Source: Takakia lepidozioides (taxonomy: Eukaryota > Plantae > Bryophyta). From it: 64,000 nucleotides of DNA. The stretch spans positions 30,690,001 through 30,754,000 of the forward strand of contig CM060733.1 in assembly GCA_030704615.1 (NCBI GenBank), read 5' to 3'. The notes beneath the pieces are model-generated. The model ran no database searches. It was not told the origin of the DNA and was given only the letters and a program-made list of their open reading frames with translations. Below, one piece after another: positions 12,673 through 23,700 of this stretch. How positions within the stretch are numbered: the stretch's first letter is position 1; every line of letters starts with the position of its first letter. The position numbers and the translations under genes are program-made.

Positions 12673-15270
12673 TGGTGTGCAAGTGTATGTCACGGTCACA
12701 CTTATTCTTTCCTTCAAGGTGACCTCTTCTCCATTGGAGAGGATCAAGCTAGAAGCATCTTTGGGGGTGTATATTCACCCTTAACTGTAAAGGCAAGTGA
12801 CACTACACAGGCAACCTCCTAATCCCCCTTTCACCCCTCCAAACGTTTTCCTCTCACTTCTCATATTTGTGGTTAAGTAACCTTCAGAAGACTTGAATGG
12901 TGATTCCAAAAATGTAGGTGCGTTTGATGTAATATACATGGAGGTGGTGGGACAGTCAAGGTATGCTCTTCTTCTTAACAGGATAATTCTAAGCTAGCAG
13001 GTTCTCTCTGCAGCTACAGAATCTACAACACAAATTATGAACATCTGCAACAGTGCACATATGAGGGGAATTGATTAATTGCAACAAAGCATATAACAAT
13101 CACCATGTTGGGCTGCCATTCAAGCTCCAGGGTACTCTGGACACTGGCAACGGAAGTTGCAGGTTGGAGAGTCCGTTGGTGCCTAACAGTTTATGGACCA
13201 CAGTTGGAATTACCGAAACTGGCTGGGCTCTACCGGTGTGTATTGAGGGCTGTATGGCTTGTCAGAGGTTGGTCTATGGTTGAGTGTGAATATGACAAGA
13301 AACGAAGTTGATAATGCACATTTTGGGGACATTTGCTACCTGCATAAATTTCAAGCTTTGGAAACATGCGCGGGCCTTGATGTTTTTTTCCAATGAGACT
13401 CCAGATCCAAATTCCATGGTATGCGCAACTCTGTCCTGCTACCAAGGCTTTAGGGTTTGCAATCAGAGTTTGTCAATGAAGAAGGGTTTCTGCGCACTAG
13501 CTGCACCTCTCTACAGTGTCAGCAGCTCACTCTCTGGAAGAGTGAAAGTCTTGGTGAAGCACATCTCGCGTTCCAAATCTCTTTGGTGACAGCAACTGTG
13601 CAGCATGGCCTGCCAATAATTAACAAACTAGTCACACACTCTTGGGCCCCCACAACAATTGTTGACACCAGTTAGAAGTATGGGCATCATCTTCCCTTCC
13701 AATGTTGTCTTGCCAGGTAAATACCCTTCTCATGATTTGTCTAATGCCCTTCTCAATCCCTTTGCCTCTAAGTCAGTAACTACATCTAACTAGAGTGAGC
13801 TCCCTGCAAGTTTTGATACTGAAAAGCAAAGATCCCAGTCAAAGGAAGAGTGAGAAGGAAGCTGATTGTGAAGCCTGGCCTGAATCTCACCTAATAAGGG
13901 ATCAAGAGGACTTTGCAATCATACTACAATCCCTTCATCAACATTCCTCCAGGTACAAGTCCTGTTGAACACTTTGGTCAGTATCATTCCATCCTGCTCC
14001 AACAGTGTCACTTCCAACGCATTGCACGAAACAAGACCCATAAGCAAGTTCGCCCTGAAAGCTAAAGAGTCTACGCTCGCTGACTTCAGGTGTTGACGTG
14101 CGTGATTACCGTCTCGAGAAGCTGAAAAGCTCGAGTACGAAAGTGCAGTGAATTGTACAACAAGAGTGTTATGCAGCAATGTCTGCAAAAGCACCTGCGC
14201 ATGAGATCTGCAGCCTACTATTCGAGGGATGTGGATGATATACCCTGCGATTTGCAGTCAGAGACGGCAGAATCCAGAAGGTGGATGAACGTCATAATGG
14301 CAGCCGCCAGCATCTGTTGTCATTGCAGAGACTCACGCACACGCGTTCAAGCGAGTGCTCCACGTCGGAATCACGCTCGACCATGAGCAGAGCAGAGGTG
14401 CATGCGGGAGCTTAGCGTAGCGAGGACGTGCATTGTAAGCTCGGGTAAGTGGTGTGAGCGCTTTCATCAGCTTGTTGCTGCCGCTAGACACATGGGTCAC
14501 AGTATTGATGGAGGTTAGCTACACAAGGAGCATCCTCCAGGCAAGAATTTGGATAGAGATTAGGGGGAGGTGTCGTATTTGTTGGAGGAAAAGTGGAAAT
14601 TGTGTGTGACGCTCTGCTTCCAGAGCAGGACAGCAGCAACTATGTTCAGTCTTTTTTTTTTTCTTTCCTCGTGTCGGCATCTGCATGTGATCGTTGGTAT
14701 GCGCCTCTCTCCGTGTTTGTTACTAAATGCGTCTTGCACGAAGGGAGAAAAATTCCGTGACCTCCTTACAACCATACAGTGAAAGGAATTGGCAGTGATG
14801 CATTATCAATTCATGTACACTGAACAAATGAATCTTCTACTTCTCACAGACATATTTGATTTTCGCAGGACTTAGACGCCGTAAGTGAAGCTACATAAAG
14901 ACCTTAAGGTGGCATTGAAGAGGCTCATTTCACCTAGTGCCCAACAGGTAATAAGGGAAACTGTGACTATTTTCAGTGTGTCGTACATGGTTGCTTTAAG
15001 AAACGAAAGAATCTCAGTTGCAACTCACAATTTCTGTTCAAACGGAACCTTTGATATTGGTTTGTCAACTTCCTTTTGTGACTCAGATGGATATTTGATG
15101 TTGGGTTTACAGTTGTAAACCTCCTGAAGAGGATTTGACGTCCATACTGTCCTAGCTTCTCCTTCTCCCCCTGCCCTTGCTTATCAGCTGGGTGTCTTCT
15201 GAAAAACTTGTGCATCTGGCATACAAGTTTTACAACTGCGATAGTGGGCTTTTTCCTGCTGGATGTGCAG

Positions 15271-15396
15271 GCATTTATGAGACAGGTGGTGGACACCAAC
15301 AAGATCAACCATATCACTTTCAAGCAGTTTGTGGAATATGCCATCACCCAAGAGAACAAGCTTATCAACACTTTCAGAGAGGTAGACAAGAGGAAG
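15271..15396 (+). pseudogene. Orphan EF-hand exon, resembling the N-terminus of a Ca2+-regulated mitochondrial carrier; second copy at 17953-18078 with a mutated acceptor
   Basis: AG/GT-bounded 126-nt segment encoding AFMRQVVDTNKINHITFKQFVEYAITQENKLINTFREVDKRK; no complete gene is visible. Confidence 0.55.
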
Positions 15397-15669
15397 GTAC
15401 CTTCCTCAATTCTGGGCATGAAGATTGGTACTGGGAAGGAGGAGGTGGGGAGTAGAAGTAGGAAGGAAGCTGTGTTAGTACATTGTGTGCACAGCAAGAG
15501 AGAAGCAGTAGAAATTTTTACATCAAAAAGAGAAAGCTAGAGAAGGATGTGCAGTTATCTTAAATGCACTATCTTCCTCAGATCGTTGCCAAAAGTGAAG
15601 ACAAGGTTAAGCACTTCTACAATGGCAATGCCAGTTTTGCTTGTTACATTGTGTCTCTCTTCACCATTC

Positions 15670-16571
15670 ATCAAGTGGGGGTGCTTAAGGAGTGTATGTC
15701 AGCATGCTCCAAAACAGCCAATGTGGCTGTTCGGGGTGAGTTTGGCATTCCGTCCTTAAGCTCCCGACGAGATGAATTCAAGGTCAGATGGTGCAACATA
15801 TGTCCAACACCAGATATCCTAAGTTAATCGACTCTATATCTTGGAAACAGGACCGCCCTGTCAAACAGGCTAAGTCCTGGCAGAAGAGAGTAGAAGAGAT
15901 TCTCAAGGACCTGGACCTGGATCCGCAAGTCTTGACCCTGCTGGATAAATCTGACTTAGAGGCTGTAGTGTCCAAAGCCATGTCTGTTGCCATGAGATTG
16001 TCTGATGAAAATGAAGTTAGGCAGAAAACTTCCCTGAACTTGTTTCCAGTCAGTGACATGGGGGAGGACATCTTGGCTGACCTCAAGGGTCTACCCACTC
16101 TCGGCACTAGACTGAAATTTAAACTCAGGGCAGGAAGCCTACCTTTGAACAGCAAACAGAAGCAGAGAGGAAAGGGAGAGTGCAATTGCCCGTTGTGTGG
16201 GCAATCTGAAGACAGTGTTCATTTTCTGATACACTGTCCGGGGTTCTCTCACCAAAGAGACGCTCTCTTCAAATCTATCGAGGGAATTGTGCCTGTACCC
16301 CTGTTTACCAACTTTGAAAGTCTCGAGGCTGAGCCAAAAGCCCAGGCCCTCCTGAGGCCTAGTTTTTGGGCAAATCACACACAGCAGATTGATGCTTGTG
16401 TGAAGGGATTTCTAGAGGATATCTGGAAAACCTAATTCTATATATGAAGGTAAGTCTTACTACCAACGTCAGCCCCTGACAGAGGTAGGTTCTGTCCCTT
16501 TTGTTCCCGCTCAAACTGGGCGCAGGGTCAATGGCCACAAGGCTACGGCAAACAACGTCTTATGAGTACAA
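15670..16571 (+). mobile_element. 5'-truncated family A LINE (post-RT region, CCHC finger, 3' UTR)
   Basis: Encodes NVAVRGEFGIPSLSSRR, RYPK...SW and CPLC...HFLIHC. TSD TCTCTTCACCATTC at 15656-15669 and 16572-16585. Empty site in the paralog at about 18330. Confidence 0.92.
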
Positions 16572-16602
16572 TCTCTTCACCATTCTATTTATTCTATTTA
16601 TA

Positions 16603-16727
16603 AAGGTAAGTCCTACTACCAATGTCATCCCCTGACAGAGGTAGGTTCTGTCCCTTTGGTTTCCGCTCAAACTGGGCGCGGGGTCAATGGCCACAAGGCT
16701 ACGGCAAACAACGTCTTATGAGTACAT
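16603..16727 (+). mobile_element. Second family A 3'-UTR copy inserted in tandem
   Basis: Repeats GGTAAGTC...AACAACGTCTTATGAGTACA and is followed by a third target copy, TCTCTTCACCATTC (16728-16741). Confidence 0.85.
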
Positions 16728-19232
16728 TCTCTTCACCATTCTAAGTGCTGACTTCTAATGTGGGGGGAAAGTTGTCAAGAGTGCTCTATGGCAGGCAGAA
16801 ATAAACTCGGTGCTGAAGGAATTTTACTGATGGATGCTTGGATGCAGGATTATCTGAAGCATTTTAAAGGCTTTATACTGACATGCAGTGGGCTAGGAAT
16901 AAACAAGCATGCTAATTGGTAATCATATCTGTTGTTAGTGCCTCTTCACCAGTTCATAGTGTATTCTCTCTCGCTTTCTAAAGTCCTTTCCGTAGACGTT
17001 ATAAAGTACCATTTCATTTCATAGTGTATTTAGTGTTTCATTTCATAGTGTATATTCTCTCGCTCTCTCTCGCTTTCATGCAGAGGTGCATGCAGGAGCT
17101 TAGCGTAGCGAGGAGGTGCATTGTAAGCTCGGGCAAGTGGTGTGAGCACTTTCATCAGCTCGTTTGTGCCGCTCGACACATGTGTCACAGTATTGATGGA
17201 GGTTAGCTACACAAGGAGTATCCTCCAGGCAAGAATTTGGATAGAGCTTAGGGGGAGTTGTCTTATTTGTTGGAGGAAAATTGGAAATTGTGTGTGACGC
17301 TCTGCTTCCAGAGCAGGACAACAGCAACTATGTTCAGCCTTTTATTCTTCTTTCCCCGTGTCGGCATCTGCGTGTGGTCGTTTGTATGCGCCTCTCTCCG
17401 TGTTTGTAATTAAATGCGTCTTGCACGAAGGGAGCAAAATTCCGTGACCTCTTTACAACCATACAGTGGAAGGAATTGGCAGTGATGCATTATCAATTCA
17501 TGTACACTGAACAAATGAATCTTCTACTTCTCACAGACATATTTGATTTTCGCAGGACTTAGATGCCGTAAGTGAAGCTACATAAGTGAAGGAGACATTG
17601 AAGAGGCTCATTTTACCTAGTGCTTAGCAGGTAACAGGGAAAACTGTGACTATTTTCAGTGTGTCGTACATGGTTGCTTTAAGAAACGAAAGATATCAGT
17701 TGCAACTCACAATTTCTGTTCAAACGGAACCTTTAATATTGGTTTGTCAACTTCCTTTTGTGACGCAGATGGATATTTGATGTTGGGTTTACAGTTGTAA
17801 ATCTCCTGAAGAGGATTTGACGTCCATAGTATCCTAGCTTCTCCTCCTCCCCCTGCCCTTGCTTATCAGCTGGGTGTCGTCTGAAAAACTTGTGCATTTG
17901 GCATACAAGTTTTACAACTAGGATAGTGGGCTTTTTTCTGTTGGATGTGCAAGCATTTATGAGACAGGTGGTGGACACCAACAAGATCAACCATATCACT
18001 TTCAAGCAGTTTGTGGAATATGCCATCACCCAAGAGAACAAGCTTATCAACACTTTCAGAGAGGTAGACAAGAGGAAGGTACCTTCCTCAATTCTGGGCA
18101 TGAAGATTGGTACTGGGAAGGGAGGAGGAGGGGAGTAGGAGTAGGAAGGGTGCTGTGTTAGTACATTGCAGCCAGAGAGAAGAAGCAGTAGAAGTTTCTA
18201 TTTCAAAAAGGGAAAGCTAGAGAAGGATGCGCAGTTATTTAAAATGCACTATCTTCCTTAGATCGTTGCCAAAAGTGACAATGTTAAGCAGACCTACGAT
18301 GGCAATGTCAGTTTTGCTTGTTATGTTGTGTCTCTGTTCACCATTCTAAGTGCTAATGTGGGGGGAAAGTTGTCAAGAGTGCTCTATGGCAGGCAGAAAT
18401 TTACTAGGTCCTGAAGGGATTTTACTGATGGATGCTTGGATGCAGGATTATCTGAAGCGTTTTAAAGGCTTTATACTGACATGCAATGGGCTAGGAATAA
18501 ACAAGCATGCTAATTGGTAATCATATCTGCTGTTAGTGCCTCTTCACTAGTTCATAGTGTATTCTCTCTCGCTTTCTAAAGTCCTTTCCGCGGACGTTAT
18601 AAAGTACCATTTCATTTCATTTCTGTCTCTCCGCCATCATTCAACGCATGAGCTTTTTTGCTCACCCTCGCGGTGATTCCGTTGCATTCAAGGAAACGAA
18701 CAGGATCATGACACTGCCATAGGCCAGCAGAGTGCTTTCTAGAGGTAGGGCTCGGCCAAAGTTGAACTGGAAGAGTATATGTGAGGGGATAGAAGTCTAG
18801 AATGAAAAAGCGACCTCATAATGCTGGACCTTTCAACATCAAAACCCTGTCTACATCTGTCTGCTAGTTTTATTAAATGAGTTGGTAAAGAGTCACAACA
18901 AGCATGAGTATTCCCAGGTAAAATGAATATGTGAAGCCTAGGATTGTGAATGCCTTACATCTGACACTGGCTACGCCAAAGATTACGCAAGCTTTGCTCC
19001 TCTGGCTCTGAAGTGTTCTCTTACTCACTTAACTGGGCACGATCCTGGTCAATGGTTGCTGGACCCTTTTTCCCTCAGACACTTTCTTCAATCCATCCGG
19101 TAGTCCATGTGGAGGGCTCCCTCGCAGTTTGAAGCTGGTTGCAGACGAACAATACTGGTTGTTGCTGATTCTTTCCTTTCGTGTTCTTCTTCCTGTCCTC
19201 TGAAAGTCCCTCTGAATTTGAGCCTCCACCAG

Positions 19233-19447
19233 GCAACAAGTGACTGTTTCTACTAGTACAGGTCCAGCACACGTCAAGTTTTGGAGTAGAAAAGAGGATG
19301 CAAACAACGATATCACAGTGGAACGATTGTGTGGACAAGATGGTTCTAAAGTCACATTCACAGACCATATCTGGCTGATTGATAATAGCATTGCAGTTGC
19401 AGCTGTGGATGACATTATCATTGTGAGCAAAAGCATGGTCAAACAGG
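19233..19447 (+). pseudogene. Possible orphan WD40-like exon fragment
   Basis: Peptide TGPAHVKFWS...FTDHIWL...; ends at a CAG/GTATGT donor. No flanking exons were recognised. Confidence 0.3.
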
Positions 19448-19959
19448 TATGTTTTGTCTTGCCACTCACAGTATGTAACTGCTGTCCATCAAATGATGAG
19501 CCCCATGGAGTGTCTTTTGAATGTTGTCAATCACACTAGGAATCAGAAGTTTTACTTACAAATCTTCCCACTTTTCAACTTTTGAACTGCACATGGATGT
19601 TAATCATCTTATGAGTGTGGTAGCAACAGCCATCCCAGAACGATGATTTCTCCAATACCCGTACGTGACCTCTGTATAGTTGAGAATCTGATAAGAGTGA
19701 AGCATGTTTGCTGTGGGCTGGATTTTCATGGATAGAGATTGATTGACACTGGGAATACGTTGTGTCTGGCTGCCACATCATGAGGTTTTTATACCAGCAG
19801 ACAAGATGGAGTGACCACCGAATTCACTGGCTTCAATCTTAGTCAGTTTGTGACTCTCTGGAAATCAACCTGATAATTTGTCTCCTTAGTTCGAAACAGG
19901 AGGAGGTTCTTAACATCACTTTCCTCACTGGGGACACCCATGTTTGTAGGACCAAGGAT

Positions 19960-20505
19960 GTAGCACAAAATGAAACTGTGATATATATAAAGTTGAATGA
20001 GGAGCATACTTTCGGCAAAGTGAGGAAGACACATAGGTGGCCCAAGTAAAAGGAGGAGAATTTCCTGCTTGATGGTCACAATTGTGGAAGCGGCTTTAAT
20101 CAGATGCTGCTTGGGGTGGTTGACTTTTTCAGGGCAAAGCCAAGGTTCCATACTCCGATGTTGTGAGCACCTCTGTGGCAAGGTCTGTCCCTTTTCCTTT
20201 CTATGCCCAGCTTGCACCGGGCACAACCTGGAAATTGAAACTGAAGAACATGTCTTCTTTTATTGCCCTCTGTGCTATGAGATCCGTGGGAGATTCCACT
20301 GTTTATTCCGTGGGACTCAATCTGTCTTCCATTATGAGGATCAGAATTGCTTGGCAGCGTACCTGCACGAGGTCTTGACCCTTAGGCAATCCCTTGCTTT
20401 TTGGCTCTGATTTTGTCTCCTATATCTCGTGTTTTTTTCCCATTTGGTCCCATAAGCTCTTTGAGTTTTCCACAGACATTATAAGGTAACATTTCATTTC
20501 ATTTC
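19960..20505 (+). mobile_element. Degenerate family B LINE 3' end with CCHC zinc finger and (CATTT)n tail
   Basis: Encodes CPACTGHNLEIETEEHVFFYCPLCYEIR, then ends GACATTATAAGGTAACATTTCATTTCATTTC. The 5' boundary is approximate. Confidence 0.75.
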
Positions 20506-20708
20506 CTACCATCTTATTCATAAACTTGTTTTTGTTTATATTGTGTAGCATCTCTCCTTCTCTTATTAATTTTTTGAGAGGAATGAACCAAGGCCTTCTG
20601 AGAGATATCATTGTTGGCAGTTACTTGAGAAGAAATCAAGCATACAGGACTACAAGTGTTGATCACGTGATGAAGTAGACAGCCATCTGTCTTCGAATGT
20701 CGTAAAAA

Positions 20709-23700
20709 ATGGGAGACGACTTAGAATGCTGTGGCTGGATGCAACCAAAGGACATCAAGTACACACAGGATAGCATAAGCTACTACTTCAAGCGTGGCCC
20801 CCCAATTCCAGGGAGGCCATGGGGGGACGAGTCATTAAAGAGCTTACTGGAGAAGCTCAGTGCAGGAAAGATGGACGTGGACGAGATACCTCGGATTCGA
20901 GTCGTAAAATACAAAGGGCACTGGAACACACTCGACAACCAGCGCCTATGGGTGTTTAGACAGTTGGGCTGTGCCATCCCTGTAGAAATTCTTGACCATC
21001 CCACCTCTGAGTTTTTCTCCAAGCTATCAAGGGGAAACGGAGACGGTGAATCCATCCAAATTACAGAGCCAGAGAAGAAGGGTCAATCACATGAGTACAG
21101 GTGCAAGCTGGGTCTGATGAATCGAATGCTATGCTGGTCTATGGTAGATATATTGGCAGCCTTCGGCGATGGCCCTCATGTTGAAGAGGTTAGTTTTTTA
21201 CTGAGAGTATGAAAATTAAAGAGTGGGTTTGTGATATTGAGCCAAGTTAGTCTGTTGGCTGCAAAAGTAGTTACTCTTGTAGAGAAAAAGACCTTCATGA
21301 CTCATGAATGCTTGTATTCTAATGGAAACTCCGTGGTGATGAACAGATGGTTGATATCCCCCTCCAATTTGCTTCCCTAGAGGAATACCAGGAGGTTCTT
21401 AGCTGCTGGTTACTAGAAGAGTCACGCACAAAATTCCAACAAAGCTTATTCAAGATTTCAGATATGCCACAAGCACCCGTAACTATCGACAGCGATATAA
21501 AACCCCTGGGTAAGCGGAGTGTGTTGAAGAAATTAACAGTGACAATTGAATCCAAGTCTCTGAAGCGAGGCAGAAATAAGGTCAAAGCTTTATACAAACC
21601 CAAATCCTCCGATGTTGTCCTTCTCTCTACCATGCTACCCGAGCATGTGCGCGAGCTTTTCTGTGACGAAGAGTATTGCATCCTTGCCTTCATTCAGGGA
21701 GAGCAGTTTTCTTCTGAAGACCAACAGGTACTTGATGCCATTGTGTTTGCAAAGAACCATGGATCTGTGTACAAAGAACTCAAGACAGGAAACAAATCAT
21801 GGTATGCCGTGAAATTGGATAGCCTGACTACAGCGCTGCGAATCTGGGAAGGTCTCCACCAGCCCCAAGCTACACCATTGGTACAATACATTCTTCAATA
21901 CTCCAAAAAACAGGTGGGCCTCTCACCTCTCTTGCGAGAATCAGTGATCCAGATTCTGAAGCCACTTGACAGGAGGACAGAGTAGAGAAGGATGCATAGT
22001 ACCAACAGACACAGATTGCAATGGATGATTTCAAGAATGGTTGATTAGTAAAGTTATCTGAGCAACAGACTTTGCCTCGCTCTTACACCCTTGCTTTCTT
22101 TCTGGCAGGATATTGAGCAGAGCATTTGCAACTCCCCAGAAATGCAATGCCTGGAGGATCGAATTCAAAAGTACTGTTGTGGTGCACGGGGTCTGAACCT
22201 ATCGCAAACAGAAGCTGTGAGAAGTTCAATTCTAGGCCTGATGGGGAGAGACAGTGGCCCCCTTGTGAGGCTCATTCAAGGACCTCCTGGCACAGGGAAG
22301 ACCTTCACATTAAGCTCCCTTCTCTCAGCTATTTGCTGCTTGAGTACCCGTATTCTTGTCTGTGCACCAACAAACACAGCTATATATGAAGTCGCCAAAA
22401 GGTTTATTGTTCAGAAACAGTCTGACGAGAGAAAGGGTCAATCAGAATTTGAAATTTCTCATTTCTGTAGGGCTCATGTTGCAGAGGTTCATGTGGAAAG
22501 GTGCCCTTGTGAGCCCATTGGGATGGGTGACATAGTCATGATTGGGAATGAAGACAGACTTGTGGTAGAGGGAGCTCTAATGAAAAGAATATTCCTTCCA
22601 CTTAGACTGAAACGGTTGCTTTGTGCCTTCAGTGAGGCCACGGGCTGGGAAACATCAGTGAAGTCCTTCATCAAGAGGTTGTTACAAATGTCAACGTCCA
22701 ATCATGATGAAGGAGCTCTGAAACACTTGGGCAAGAAAGTGATTGAGCATGGTGAAACATTGTGTAATGATTTGCCTAGCCGTCATATTAACAGTAACAA
22801 GAGGAGAATTCTGAGTGCCGCTGTGGATACTGTGAAAGAGCTTCTTCAATTATTTCCTCAGCAGACTCTGGAATGCAAAGATGCTCCAGAGTTTTCCCCA
22901 GGATGCAACATAGGCGAAAATGGATTTGGAAAACTAGGAAGTTCTGGCACTGAGCTGTTTTCTGAATTGACAGAGACATTTCTCCAAATTATGAGCTCAG
23001 AGCCTGGATATGGCATGTTCCCTCCTTCTGCAGCTTCATCATTAGAATGGTTGGAGATGGAATGCATGGAGAATGCTTGCCTTGTTTTTTGCACTGTCTC
23101 CACAGCAGGCCAACGATCGTTGAAGCTTGGCTTGGTGTTCAATTGCGTGATAATTGATGAGGCTGCACAGCTGGTAGAAGCAGAGACTGCTATTATCACC
23201 CAGATGAAGGAACTGAAGCAGATCATTCTTGTTGGAGATCACAAACAGCTACCGGCCACAGTCATCAGCCAGGTATGAACACTTCTTGTTCATAGGTGGC
23301 ATGAAATCATTGCATTCGGTGTAGGAGTTGTCTTTTATAGCATCTCTATTACCTGGTCCTGCCTGTTTTAGGAGGTTTCCATAGTGCAGCCTGTGATTTC
23401 AAGGTATTCTGCAACCCAAGTTTGCACCGAGTCTGACTTGCTCTGTGTGTGGCCGGAATGTTCCCAGCTCGCGCAGAAACATGGCTATGGCCGTAGCCTC
23501 TTTGAGAGGCTCCAACTGCTTGAACATCCAATTGATTTGCTGAATGTGCAGTATCGCATGCATCCCGCAATCTGCCACTTCCCTAATATCCAATTCTACA
23601 ATGACGAGTTGAAGAATGGGCCAAATGTTCTAAGAGAATCTCATGCCGATGCCCCATTCCAGTACGACCTCTATGGGCCTTATGCCTTCATTGATGTCAA

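Larger units (their letters stand above)
14392..18620 (+). repeat. Tandem duplication of an about 1.55-kb unit (copy 1 about 14392-17020 with a LINE insertion; copy 2 about 17079-18620 without it)
   Basis: Both copies start GCAGAGGTGCATGC.GGAGCTTAGCGTAGCGAGG and end GACGTTATAAAGTACCATTTCATTTCAT. Confidence 0.92.

Noticed and set aside
13460-14390. Possible degenerate gene
   Set aside because: All frames have stops and I could not assign a family.
21100-21283. Alternative helicase intron 21101-21282 that would separate the ParB-like domain
   Set aside because: It introduces an in-frame TGA at 21305 and drops the conserved WS motif; the 21189-21346 intron keeps both the frame and the homology.
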